In this document: one piece after another, positions 1 to 12,360 of the stretch | How positions within the stretch are numbered: position 1 is the stretch's first letter | Layout of the letters: the number at the start of each line of letters is the position of its first letter | Assembly (NCBI GenBank): GCA_030324005.1 | Contig: JARDVH010000084.1 | Span: forward strand, 61,754,617-61,818,616 | Reading direction: 5' to 3' | Source of the DNA: Negaprion brevirostris | Taxonomy: Eukaryota | Length of the DNA: 64,000 nucleotides | The notes under the pieces: model-generated | Databases searched by the model: none | The model's input: only the letters and a program-made list of their open reading frames with translations | What the model was told of the DNA's origin: nothing | Program-made: the position numbers and the translations under genes

Positions 1-72
1 GGACTTTAACCTGGCGTTGTGAGCTTTCTTACTGTGTTTACCCCAGTCCAATGCCGACATCTCCACGTTATG
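1..72 (+). repeat. 3' part of the Penelope-like palindromic repeat (same family as 564-783), cut by the window edge
   Basis: GGACTTTAACCTGGCGTTGTGAG...CCCCAGTCCAATGCCGACATCTCCACG aligns with 712-783. Confidence 0.8.
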
Positions 73-563
73 TCAATCAACACCAGACTGGAGGCATCCT
101 CATTTGATTACTGAAAACTCCAATGTCTCTTATCTGTGCGGGTTTGGTCCAGGTCATACATGGCAAATTCTGTGGTTGCCTCCTCAAAGTGGGTGAGGGT
201 GCCTTTTCCTGGAACACCTCCATCTGTGTTAGAATGCACCTGCATCCTCATGGGATGTGGGCGTTGGTGACTAAGCTAGGTTGTATTGCCCATTCCTTAT
301 TTGCATCTGTAACGGTGGTAGTGAACTGCCTTCTTGAACTGCGGCACCCATGCAGCGTAGGTACACCCACACTGCTGTTAGGGGCAGAGCGCCAGGATTT
401 TGACCCAGTGGTAGTGAAGGAATAGTGATATATTTCCAAGTCAGAATGACAAGTGGCATGGAGAGGAACTTCCAGGTGATGGTGTTCTCACATGTCTGCA
501 GCCCTTGTCCTTCTAGATAGTAATGGTCATGAATCTGAAAGGTGTTGTCTCAGGAGGCTTTCT

Positions 564-783
564 GTAAGAAGTCCCACAACACCAGGTTAAAGTACAATAG
601 GTTTATTTTGAATCATGAGCTTTCAGAGTGCTGCTTCTTCCTCAGGGAGTAGCCCACGCACCTTAGGAAGGAGCAGGACTCTGAAAGCTCGTGATTCCAA
701 ATAAACCTGTTGGACTTTAACCTGGTGTTGTGAAACTTCATACTGTGCCCAGCCCAGTCCAACGTCAGCACTTCCACGTCATG
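564..783. repeat. Palindromic Penelope-like (pLTR-type) short repeat with hammerhead-like cores
   Basis: 564-647 is an imperfect reverse complement of 660-743; CTGAGGA..GAAA on the minus strand (645-621) and degenerate CTTAGGA..GAAA on plus (662-686). Confidence 0.7.
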
Positions 784-2088
784 CTACACACTGCCGCCAA
801 AGTGTGTCAGCGGTGGAGGAAGTGGATGTATGTAGATGTTGGGCCAATCAAATGGGCTGCTTCGTCCTGGATGGTGTCAAGCTTCTCGAGTGTTGTTGGA
901 GTTGTACTCGTCCAGGCAAGTAGAGAATATTCCCTAACACTCTGACTTTTGCCCTGTAGATGATGGACAGGCTTTGGGGAGTTACCACAGGATTCCCAGC
1001 CCTGACATGCTCTTGTAGCCACAATATTTAAATGATCAGTCTAGTTCAGTTTCTGGTCAATGGTAACCCCCAGAATGTTGATACTGGGGTATTCAGTAAT
1101 GCTAATGCCATTGAATGTCAAGGGGTGATGGTTAGATTCTCTCGGGTTGGAGATGGTGGTTGTCTGAACTTCTGTGGCAGAAGTGTTACTCGCCACTTCA
1201 GACCAAGCCTGGATATTGTCCAGATCTTACTGCACTTGGACATAAACTATTTAGTTTCTGTTTAGTATTAGCACCACAAATGGTGCTGAACATTGTACAA
1301 CTTCAGACCTTGTGATGAAGGAAAAAAAATGAAGCAGCTGAAAATAGTTGGACCTCGGACACTATCCTGAGGAGGAACTCTTGCAGCAATGTCATGGAAC
1401 TGAAATGACTTGAGCTCCAACAACCACAGTCACCTCCCTTTGTGCTTGTCATGACTCCAACCAGCAGAGAGTTTTTTCCCTGATTCCCATTGACTCCAGT
1501 TTTACTGTGGCTGCTTGATGTCACACTCTGTCAATTGCTGCCTTGATATCAAGGGCAGTCACTCTTAATTTACCTCTGGAGTTCAGCTCTTTAGTCCATT
1601 TTTGAACCAAGGCTATAATCAGGTCATGAACTGCGTGGCTCAGGCGGAACCCAATCTGAGTGTCAGTGAGCAGGTTATTGCTAAGCAAGTGCCATTTGAT
1701 AGCACTGACGCTGACGCCTTCAATCACTTTACTGATGATTGATGGTAGACTGATGGGAAGGTACTGGCTGGGTTGGATCCATCCTGCTTTTTGTGTACAA
1801 GACATACTTGGGCAATTTTCCACATTGCTGGTAAGATGCCAGTGTTGTAGCTGTACTGTAACAGCTTGGCTAAAGGTTTGGCAAGTTCTGGAACACGTAT
1901 CTTCAGCACTATTGCTGGAATATTGTCAAGGTCCATAGCCTTTGCAGCATCCAATGCCTTCAGCCATTTCTTGATATCACATGGAGTGAATCGAACTGAT
2001 TGAAGACTGGCATCTGTGATGCTGAGGATCTTCGGAGGAGGCAAGATAGATCATTTGGTTGAAATAAGTTGCAAATGTTTTGGCCTTA

Positions 2089-2269
2089 TCATAGGATCAT
2101 AAAATCTTACAGTGCAGAAGGAGGCCATTTGGCTCATTGAGTTAGCACTGACCACAATCCCACCCAAGCTCTATCCCCATAACCCCATGCATTTACTGTA
2201 GCTAGTCCTCCAGCACTAAGGGGCAATTTAGCATAGCTAAATCCACCTAACCAGCACATTTTTGGACTG
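2089..2269 (-). mobile_element. HE1-type V-SINE, 5'-truncated
   Basis: Reverse complement of GTTAGGTGGATT..GCTAAATTGCCCCTTAGTG core and CR1-like tail GGCCTCCTTCTGCACTGTA. Confidence 0.85.
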
Positions 2270-2509
2270 ATCAGTTGCACTGATGTGCTGGGCTCCTCCA
2301 TCTTTGAGGATAGGAATATTTGTGGAGACTCCTCCTCCAGTGAGTTGTTTAATTGTTCATCCCATTCACGACTGGATGTGACAGAACTGCAGAGCTTAGA
2401 TTTGATTCATTGGTTATAGGTTCTCTTAGCTCGGTGTATCACTTGTTGATAATGCTGTTTGGCATGCAAGTACTCCTGTGTTGTAGCTTCACCAGGTTGA
2501 CACCTAATT

Positions 2510-2975
2510 CATCCAGATCTGGGGACTTATCCATTTCTAAGCCCGTCAAAGCCTACTTATACTTTCTCACTTCCTAGGTCAAAGTGCTCAAGGTTCTCAT
2601 GGTCCCTTTTCCTCAATTCAGTACCTACGTACTCCTTTTCCTCAGTGAAGACCAATGAGAAGTATTCAATTAACTCGCTTCCAATGTCCTGCGGCTTCAA
2701 CAAGATTGCTTCCTTGGGTCTCTAATGGCCACTACTCTTTCACTGGTTAACCTCTTCCCCTTAAGGTATTTGCAGAATATCTTAGGATTCACCCTAATGT
2801 TGTATGCAAATCCTTTTTTTATGTCCCTTTTTTGCTCTTCTAATTACTTTCTTAATTTCCCTCTTGCACTTTCTAAATTCCTCTAGAGCCACAGTTGAAT
2901 TGCTCCCTTTGAACTTGCTAAAAGCTTTTATCTCCTTCCTTATCCAGTCGTGAATTGACCTAGACATCCAAACGT
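2510..2975 (-). mobile_element. CR1 LINE ORF2 fragment
   Basis: Minus strand encodes a DKSPDLD (KSPGPDG-like) motif and upstream CR1-like sequence; colinear with 27000-27500. Confidence 0.7.
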
Positions 2976-3403
2976 ACCAAAATGTATCTAAATATTTAGG
3001 CTGTGAGCAATGTGAAGCCCATCAAACAAGGCTTTCTTAAGTCAGAAAATAACAAATTTATTAACAAGTACCTGAGAAAAATAATAAAAATGCCACATTA
3101 AACATTTGGCCCTCAGGCAGTCATTTGGGCCCAAGCACACAAACAGATTTGTATCAGATAATAAGAGAGATAGGATCCAATATGAGTCCAACACTCTTTT
3201 CCCAAAAGAGGGGAAGCCAGCAGTCTTCAGCCTCTTTACTCTGCTGAAGACTTTCTTAACATCGCCCGTGTCACTTGCAATCTCCCTCTCGTGGCTGGGC
3301 AGTCCTGAAATACTTCATCCATTGTGTATTTCCAAGAGATTTTAGGTGTGGCTGTTTATGGCAGCTGCTGTTTCAATAGCAAGCATATTTATTTTTAAAG
3401 AGC

Positions 3404-3655
3404 AGAACATAGAACATAGAACATTACAGCGCAGAACAGGCCCTTCGGCCCACGATGTTGCGCCGACCAGCTTTTTNNNNNNNNNNNNNNNNNNNNNNNN
3501 NNNNNNNNNNNNNNNNNNNNNNNNNNNNNNNNNNNNNNNNNNNNNNNNNNNNNNNNNNNNNNNNNNNNNNNNNNNNACTAATCCACCCAACTATACCCTC
3601 ATCCAGATCATTAATAAAAATTACAAACAGTAGTGGCCCCAAAACAGATCCCTCC
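3404..3655 (-). mobile_element. CR1/HER1 LINE 3' end plus RT fragment, spanning a gap
   Basis: (AGAACAT)3 tail; GSVLGPLLFVIFINDLDEGIVGWIS RT motif. Confidence 0.85.
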
Positions 3656-4163
3656 CAAAAAATTTGAAGTGTCAAAAAAGAGTGAAAACGGAATGTTCCA
3701 CACCTGTCTTTTTTGCGCAAGCTCAGTACTGCAATCCTCAGGTTTTTTTTAAACAGCTGAGAGCTTTACAAAGGCAGGGAGTGTGGCGGAGCCTAAGTAC
3801 GCTTGGGAAGCCACTTTTGGCGCATTTGGGTGCCATTTCTCAGAGTATCCTGATCTGACAGTGAACCAGGAGACCTCCTCCCAAACCCCCCGTGAATGGA
3901 TAATGCTCCTGCAGAGCAGTATTGATTCTCCTGGGTATGACATCTCACCAGCAAGTAGGGTAAGCAGCCAGGAGGGCAGATGTAGCTGCCCCGGACATGT
4001 TAACAGTATTTAAATTAAGTCAATCCAATGCAACCAAAAAGGGTATAAAACCATTGTTGCCAGCATAACAGGGTCAGGTAGATGCAAATTTTTGGCCTTG
4101 CACGTTATCTTCCTGGACTGCCATGCTGATTGACCGGCGTAGCGAACAGATGAGATTGTGTCC
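3655..4163. mobile_element. Degenerate non-autonomous DNA element (MITE-like)
   Basis: End 4080-4163 resembles 21850-21938 and 46780-46867. Confidence 0.55.
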
Positions 4164-5930
4164 ATTGTCTCTTTCTTAGGCAGAGTCTTGATGGATGCCT
4201 GGCTTATGGGAAGTGCCTCTCACTTCACATCCACCTGAGGGTTATTTGTTTATTTCTCAACTTCATCTTGGAATGTGGACTTGCATTTTTAGATAGCTTA
4301 CATTGCCTCAGTTCAAATTGCAAAATTTCCAGTCAGTTGAAAGGTCACGTTTTCAAACATTAAGGAGCATGGCAGCCTCCTCAAGGACAGTGAGACTGAT
4401 GCTCCTAGCCTGCAAGGAATGAGTGCCTCTCTGAGCGATCTTCATATACGGCACCTGGACTTTCAACCTTGTAAGGTAGTAGTGGGGCTTTGACTTCTAG
4501 TCTACTCCCACCACACAATTTACCAGGCTCCTCGACCATGCATAGCTGAATGGTTGGCCGCCACATGGGTCAAGAGTCACTAACCATCCTGTCCCCAAGC
4601 AGACGTGTTCCTTTCCTGCCACCAACACCCTGCCAGTTCCGGAAGATTCCTCCGTATAAAAGTTATCTCTGCCTGAAAGTCAGATTTAATTATGGGGTTT
4701 CTAAAGGGTCCCTGAAGAACAACAATTTGCAGTGCAATGGGGAGAAGGTGGTGCGGGTAAGGAGCGCAGGGATGAACTTGTTGAGTCGCTGTTGCTTACA
4801 GCCAGCATGGACATAAAGGGTTGAATGACCTCCAACGGTCCTGTAATAATTTTATGATTCCATAACATTTGCCTAAGATGCATATACTTCAATTATTTAC
4901 TTATTTTTCCTTTCTTTCATCAAGATTTTGCTCTTCTTTCTTAGTTACCAGCTTNNNNNNNNNNNNNNNNNNNNNNNNNNNNNNNNNNNNNNNNNNNNNN
5001 NNNNNNNNNNNNNNNNNNNNNNNNNNNNNNNNNNNNNNNNNNNNNNNNNNNNNNCTTCTTTCTTAGTTACCAGCTTTATTATGAACAATATATTTTTTCA
5101 AGGTGAGAATTCATCAAAAAGGAAATTGGTCTCTGTTGCATCAGTTTTTGGATGAAAATTCTCATTCTGAAGGACAGGACAAATTTTGAGATGTTTGAGA
5201 TCACCCTGTTTTGCAGTTAATCATTCCTATTTACAGCATATGTAGCGATTTTGGATTTACATTTAAAATCATAAACACTGTTGCATAATTGAGAGAGTTA
5301 CCTGCAGATGGCCACAGAAAATAACAATGGACCTGGGAGTTTGTCATGAAAACAATGATGCAGCAGGTATTCAGTGGACCTTGTCGATGTAATGCTTGTA
5401 GATGTGCATGTAAGTATCTCAAAGTATATATTTGAAAACTGAGAGATAGACAGCTTCCAAAGAGCAGCTGGATTGCTTGTATATAAAATGGTCTTCGTTA
5501 CTACATGGGGAGAAGTTAAGGAGCTATTCCAGTACAAAAATGATGGATCAAGTGTGGAGGGGTTGGACTGACGGTACAACTGAAGTAATTTTATCTGTAG
5601 GTGGTTCCAGAGACATTAGAGGAAATAGCCTTCCAACAAAGAACAATGGAAGTGACTGTGCAGCACCAAGTATCACCAGTAAAACAAACAATAACTTCTG
5701 AAAAAAGAGACAGTAGAAACGTTTGACATGCTTCAATGTTGTGAGCAGCTCTCCAAGTGCATACACGTGTGCAAATACAATAAATGGTAAGTAGGAATAA
5801 AGGGAATATTTACGGTAAAGGCCAGAGATTTCCAGCAAGGACAACACAAGAACATATAAACCTAGGGGCTAGGAAAAATCACCCTGTACACAAAAGGAAA
5901 TTATTAAAAAAGCAGAGGAATCCAGACGGT

Positions 5931-6847
5931 GGGGGCAATTCTCCCATCCTGCACAGTGGGTTGGGAGAATCACATGTCGGCCCATTCGCGTGATTCCCGC
6001 GAGCATTCATACCCAGCGTTGCTTCTCCCAGATTCGGATTTCTGGCTAAGTGCTATTAGCAGGCCCGAGTTTGAATTCTGCAGATCTGCAGACCCTGCCA
6101 GAGTGCTTCGCTCCAGTGGGGATTACCATAGCTCCTCACTTTCGGGGAACTAGCAGAATGATCCCACTGAATGAAGGGAGCAATCGAGGGATCAGGCGGC
6201 AAGGGGATGGTGCCCCCTGGGCATTGGCACCCTGACAGTGCCAGTCTGTGTCCCTGGCACTGCCCTGGGGAAAAGTTGGCCATGCCAAGGTGTGGGGCCT
6301 ATTGGGGCAGGGCCCGTGGACAGGGCCTGCTGAGGGTGAGGCCTGAGGGCAATCAGTGGGGGTAGGAGGTTTTGCTGCCACTCAGCATTGGGATCTGGTT
6401 AGGGCTGGAGGGAGGCCAGCCATCGGGGCGGGCAGGGGATTGGTCAGGTGGGGGTGGTGCGGGTCTGCCAGGACGGGGAGATAGTCAATGCTGGGGGGGT
6501 TCCTGGAGATTGAGGTGGGTGACAATCGGGCCATGGGTGGGGGGGTGGAGTGGGGGGTGGCTGGGAGGCTGGGAGGAGCAGCAGTGTGGGAGTCCCTGGC
6601 TGGCCAGCTAACAAGAGACTGACGCTTTGGGGCCACTGTACATGCGCAGAGGTCTGCTGGTTTCAGCATCTCCAGCATAAATAGGCTCCAACCCCTGAAT
6701 CTCATGATATTGAGTTCTGTATAGTGGCCTCTGTATTGCAGAGTGTGGGATATTCTTCTCTGAACTCCCACTGAAAAAATATAGCATGAATTACTCTAGT
6801 TTTCCTGTGAATACTACACTTCAAATTTTTTTGAGAGAATAGCCCCC
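5931..6847. mobile_element. MITE (Harbinger-like) with terminal inverted repeats
   Basis: GGGGGCAATTCTCCC at 5931 and GAGAGAATAGCCCCC ending 6847; GC-rich non-coding interior. Confidence 0.8.
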
Positions 6848-6859
6848 AGTAAGTCAGGC

Positions 6860-7200
6860 AGGGATGCAATACCTGCTGATGATTTTGGCAATAAGACAAG
6901 GTCAGTATTTGGTGCCCATCCCTAATTGTTCTTGAATTGTGTGGCAGAGTCAATCATGCCACTGTGGGTTTGGATTCACGTGTAGGTCAGGTGAGGATGG
7001 CAGATTGCTTTGAAGGACATTAGTGAACCAGGTGGGTTTTTACCACAATTGACAATGCTTTCATACTCAACACTGGACTATTCATTCCAGATTTTAATTG
7101 CATTCAAATTTTATCATCTGCTGTGGTGGGATTCAAACCTGAGCTTCCAAAGCATTACCCTGGATCTCTAGATCACTAGTCCAGTGGCAAAACTGTTATC
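6860..7200 (-). mobile_element. LINE 3' UTR fragment (family of 243-2505)
   Basis: GCCCATCCCTAATTGTTCTTGAA resembles 288-340. Confidence 0.55.
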
Positions 7201-7606
7201 CCTTCAAGTTTCAAGTTTTTAGTGTTCAGATCACCAACAACATCTCCTGGTCCCCNNNNNNNNNNNNNNNNNNNNNNNNNNNNNNNNNNNNNNNNNNNNN
7301 NNNNNNNNNNNNNNNNNNNNNNNNNNNNNNNNNNNNNNNNNNNNNNNNNNNNNNNNNNNNNNNNNNNNNNNNNNNNNNNNNNNNNNNNNNNNNNNNNNNN
7401 NNNNNNNNNNNNNNNNNNNNNNNNNNNNNNNNNNNNNNNNNNNNNNNNNNNNNNNNNNNNNNNNNNNNNNNNNNNNNNNNNNNNNNNNNNNNNNNNNNNN
7501 NNNNNNNNNNNNNNNNNNNNNNNNNNNNNNNNNNNNNNNNNNNNNNNNNNNNNNNNNNNNNNNNNNNNNNNNNNNNNNNNNNNNNNNNNNNNNNNNNNNN
7601 NNNNNN

Positions 7607-7846
7607 AGGTCACATACCAACCGATTCAAGAACAGTTTCTTCCCTGCTGCTGTCAGACTTTGAGTGAACTTACCTTGCATTAAGTTGATCTTTCTCTACA
7701 CTCTATCTATGACTGTAAAATTACATTCTGCACTCTCTTGTTTCCTTCTCTATGAGCGGTATGTTTTATCTGTATAATGTGCAAGAAGCAATACTTTTCA
7801 CTGTATGTTAATACATGTGACAATAATAAATCAAATCAAATCAAAT
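7607..7846 (+). mobile_element. Rex1/Babar-type LINE 3' end
   Basis: Encodes TNRFKNSFFPAAVRL; ends AATAATAAA(TCAAA)n; near-identical to 42407-42633. Confidence 0.8.
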
Positions 7847-8544
7847 CCCACTGCCTCCCCTATCCCAGAGATTCAAAATATATTTACGAATCAAAAAAAA
7901 TTAGATTAAAAAATGATGGATTCCAACATCATTTGTTCTTAATATTCTGACATGATGGCTGTGAACCTGGAAGGACTGAAATAATTAGCTTAAGTGGTGT
8001 GAGCTCCAATGTCATGGAAGACATGACATTCACAATTGACATGGCGGGGATAAGATGAAAGGGTGGTTGGAAGTGAACCAAGTTTCTGACTGGCTGCCAA
8101 CATCATAAAAACATAAATATAACTCAACTGTTTTTTTTAAACTATTATGTTCATATTTTCTCATAACTTAGTCAGGTGAATCCTTTTCTTTTGGTAGTGA
8201 GGTTTCTGGAGAAGGAAGATGAAGGGGAGGCTGATGTAGACAGTCAACAGTTATGCATCTGTATTCCTTACTATACTAGAGGTTGAGGGAAAGTATCTAA
8301 TCCTTGACTGCGTAACGGGGCTAGGAGTGGGGAGGAATTAACTCAATCCTTGACACTCTGGTAGCAGGTGATTGTCTTTGCTTGATGGGTAATTTCCAAT
8401 GCATGGGCATACATTTTCTTAACGAAGATGATGTTGATTGGAGAGAAAGGAACTTGTCTGGATCTTTCCTCATTAGATACATGCAGAGGAATACACCTGT
8501 ATTATCCATTCTTCTAAAGAATCTGCTATGATTAGCATAAGAGT

Positions 8545-9355
8545 CATAGAGATGTACAGCACAGAAACAAGTCCCTTGCCCCAGCTGATCTATGTCACTA
8601 TTTATGCTCCACAGGCATTTCCTCCCACTCTCTTTATCTAAACCTATTAGCATAATGTTTTATCATTTATTCCCTCATGATTGTTTAGCTTGCAGCCTGA
8701 AATACATAGTTGCCTCAGCCACAACATAGGAACATAGAAATTAGGAGTGAGAGTAGGTAATTCAGCCGTTCAAGCCCGCTCCGTCATTCTATATGATCAT
8801 GATTTGTCTCCATTTCATCCTAAATCTACTTGCCTGCCTTTTCCCTATCGCCCATTATCCCACTTTTGATTAAATATTTATCTATCTTTTGAATCCACTG
8901 ATTCTGCAGCCACTGCACTCTGGGGCAGTGAGTTCAATAGATTCACAACCCTCTGTGAGAAGTAGCTGCTCCTTATCTCCATGGTAGCATACTCCACCAA
9001 TTAACCAGTTTCTGGATAAAGGAATTTTGCCTGAATTCTTCATTGGACTTTTAATGGCTGTCTTATATTTATGACCTGTAGTTTTAGTCTCCTCACAGAT
9101 GGAAGACCTTTTATGTCTACCCTGTCAAGTCTTTTCAGAATTAAAGGCCTCTAAAGGTTACTTGTCAGTCTTCTCTTTTCTAGAGAAAAGAGCAATAGCA
9201 TGTTCAGTTGTTCCTCATAGCAATAACCTCTCAGTTTTGGTATCCTTGTAAATTATATTTTCACATTTGCTCAGCCTTGTGCACAATATGAAAACTGGAA
9301 CAAATCTCACTTGAGGCCTAGCAAAGTTCTGGACAAATTTAACGTAACTTCCCTA
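8545..9355 (-). mobile_element. Old CR1 3' fragments (two nested tails)
   Basis: CATAGAGATGTACAGCACAGAAAC and GAACATAGAAATTAGGAG tails; TTCTCTTTTCTAGAGAAAAGAG CR1 motif. Confidence 0.7.
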
Positions 9356-11299
9356 GTTGGTGATAGCTTTTATTAAAATTAAGTAATTTACTTTCAGTAG
9401 AGAGCAGAATAATGGTGAACAGTATAATCTGTACTGTGCACCTGTGGGATTAAAAACATAGCCTTAGCTGTGTGAACCAGTGAGACAGAGAGGAGGGCAA
9501 CGGCATATGCAGCAATGGTTTCATAATAAGTAGAACTAATCCAGCTCTTCTTAATGTATTTAGATTTGTAATAAGTGTACAATTAATCCTGTTTTTAAGC
9601 ATTGAAAATTGCTTTGTTTATTTAACATGTAAACTATGCAGTAGTAAACATGTAAACTGCAGTCATTTTTCTTTAAATTTTATTGAACAGTCCATGTTTT
9701 TTTACAAGAGAGAAATCATAATTTGTGCTCACAAAGTAATGTTGGTGTCAATGTAAGCAGTTTTGGGCATTATGGAAACTTAACTGGAGTTACACTAAAT
9801 GTAGAGCTAGCCAATGCTGATAATGACAACAGCTGCTCCAAGACATCTTTTGGCATTATGAATGCACTATTCAACAGCAGGATATTTAGACAGAGTCTAA
9901 ATCTTGGCAACTCTTTTTAATTTTAATATAACATTCCGTTATTCAGCATTTAAATACTCCTATATGTTCAGCAAATGGCAATTGCAATAAGTATGACTAT
10001 TCGTGCTGTGACCATTTTATGGCATTCTCATTTTATTCCATATCGTTCTTCCCAGCGTAATTGAGAATGTTTTCTAAAATTAACAGTTACTTTGAAATAA
10101 AGCCAAAAGCATAAATATCAATACTGTAGCTTGTTATAATTAAATAATTTTGTTTGATCTTCAGGCAGATGTTGATGTGGCCAGTGTGTTGCTGTACTTA
10201 CTTCCAAAACCTGATCATTTGTCATTAGTTGACATTTTCTTCATCACCAAAGTAAACAGTATCTCTGGCATAGTTTAGTCCACTGACTTGTGGAAGAAGA
10301 ACATGACAGTGAAATCTAGTCCTGTTACAGATATTGTTCTGAAGCAACACTTTGCAATGTTACTGATCATTAACTACACAATATTTTTTCTAAAACGTAA
10401 TTTCAGCACCAAATTGTTTACTTATTGATTTATTTATTTGACCTACTTATATAAGGAATGGTGCACGTTGCATAGCAACAGTTTGAAACTGTATTGGTCT
10501 TTTTGCATCAAAGAAAACAAAACATACCGGCATAAATGTAAAATAAATGGGCAACATGATATAAAAATTGCTTTAAAACATGTTGGCATTATCAAAATGT
10601 TTGCCAAGCCTTTTATAATTTGGAGGCACCGAAGATACAAATAATATGTGTAATACCTGTATTTTTGTTAGTGCAGTGATGCCTTTTGATGCTGTACACA
10701 TAATTGTATTGTGTCAGTAAACAAATCTAGAACAATCATGAGGATGAAATCTGTGGCAAGGTTTCTGTCTCCAGCAAAAATACCTTTGTTAGACCCTAGT
10801 TAAAGAAGAAATCTATTGTATAGACATCTAGTCAAAAGAAAATTACTTGAGAGTCTGAGATTTATGCAAAATTTAATCAAAAGCAAAATCCCCCCTCAGA
10901 GGAACCTGACTAATAATGGACATTGTTAGCTTTGTGGGATTGTGTGCAAGAGAAGCAGTTGGGGGAATCAGGGTTGGATCAGGGGTGATGGTCCTGGTGA
11001 GGTGGAAGAAGCAGGGTGGCACAAGCGATAAAGGCAGAGAGAAAAATCATTGTATTTAATGAGAAAAGAAGGAGGCAGGAATTTGCAATACAAAAGAGAA
11101 AATTACAGATGAGTAACCTGGCTGAATTAACTGTGGAGGGAAAGAGTCACCCAGATTGAAGCAGTACACTAAGCAAACTAAGGCTTGGCAAAAAAAAACA
11201 TCAAGCAACTAATGCAAATAGAACTGAGATTTTAAAGAACTTGTGATAAAAATGATTGGATCAGTTTCCATGGAGGTCATTTTTCTGAGGTTTCCCTGG

Positions 11300-12360
11300 C
11301 TTTTGTTTCTTTGTTTCCACTCCTCCTATGCCACCTCACTTTGCTTTTCATTGAAATTGACCCTCTTTTAGTTGGGTATTTTCACATTTGATTTTTCTTC
11401 ATTTTATTCCATATCTGCTNNNNNNNNNNTCTGCTCTAAACTTAATTGTATTGTATTATGGTCACTATTACCCCACTGAAGTTCTCCCGCTGAAACACAC
11501 TTCACTTTACCTATCTCATTCTCCAGTACTGCTTCTTTGACCTTAAAACTTATTGGTCAGAGCTTTCTGGCCATTCACACTAGCAGAATCCTCTGGTCCT
11601 GCAAATGGTGCACCATCGCTCAGGGTTTCCCACTGGTGAGGGGTGCACTCAATGGGAAAACCCTTTGATGACAATGAGACCAGAAGATCTCAACAGTGGC
11701 AGTGGCAGGCTATCTCCGCCATTGAGAAACATGTGNNNNNNNNNNNNNNNNNNNNNNNNNNNNNNNNNNNNNNNNNNNNNNNNNNNNNNNNNNNNNNNNN
11801 NNNNNNNNNNNNNNNNNNNNNNNNNNNNNNNNNNNAAACATGTGCAAGTTTTGTGGAAAATCCTACTGACTGAGTAAGAACACTCTCCTGAATACATTTT
11901 AGCTATTTTCACACTCTTTTCCCTTTACTTTGTTTATTTCCACAGTCTATAAAGGATAATTGAAGTCCCCTTCTATTTTTGCCCTAATATTTTCACATTT
12001 CTCTGAAAGTTACCTACAGATTTGATCCCCTAGCTTCTTCATAATATTTGCGATCCGTACTAAGCACCCAACCGTGTAATAGCTTATTTGCTGTTCCTCA
12101 ATACTATCCAAATGGATTCAGTCTTTAAATCCTCTCATATCTTGCAATATCAATCACTTGTCATCTCCCTCCTATACTTTTTCTTTTTCTTCTCTCTCCT
12201 GAATACATTACAACAAAGGATGTTTAATTGCTATACCCACATTTAAGCAAGTTCTTCATTATAGCCACAACATGACAACAATATAACAATTTACATCTGT
12301 ATCTTATCACCCTTATTTGTACCACTCCTTGCGTTAATGCACCTGCATTCCAACTTGGTG
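11300..12360 (-). mobile_element. Very old CR1 endonuclease-region fragment with a nested MITE near 11583-11872
   Basis: Minus-strand IEGDFN (APE GDFN motif) near 11960-11978. Confidence 0.55.

Larger units (their letters stand above)
243..2505 (-). mobile_element. Degenerate non-LTR retrotransposon (CR1/L2-group) RT region and 3' end, interrupted by insertions at 564-783 and 2089-2269
   Basis: Minus-strand fragments PISLPSIISKVIEG, TQIGFR, VTALDIKAAIDRV, KAMDLDNIPAIVLK...WKIAQVCLVHKK are LINE RT motifs; frameshifted. Confidence 0.85.

Noticed and set aside
5090-5850. Several overlapping short ORFs and splice-like sites (minus acceptor near 5698, donor near 5301; plus acceptor near 5600)
   Set aside because: All three minus frames of the putative exon contain stops and no peptide is recognisable; may be an unidentifiable decayed TE
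9723-9920. 65-aa ORF
   Set aside because: No ATG start, no recognisable domain, no convincing splice sites
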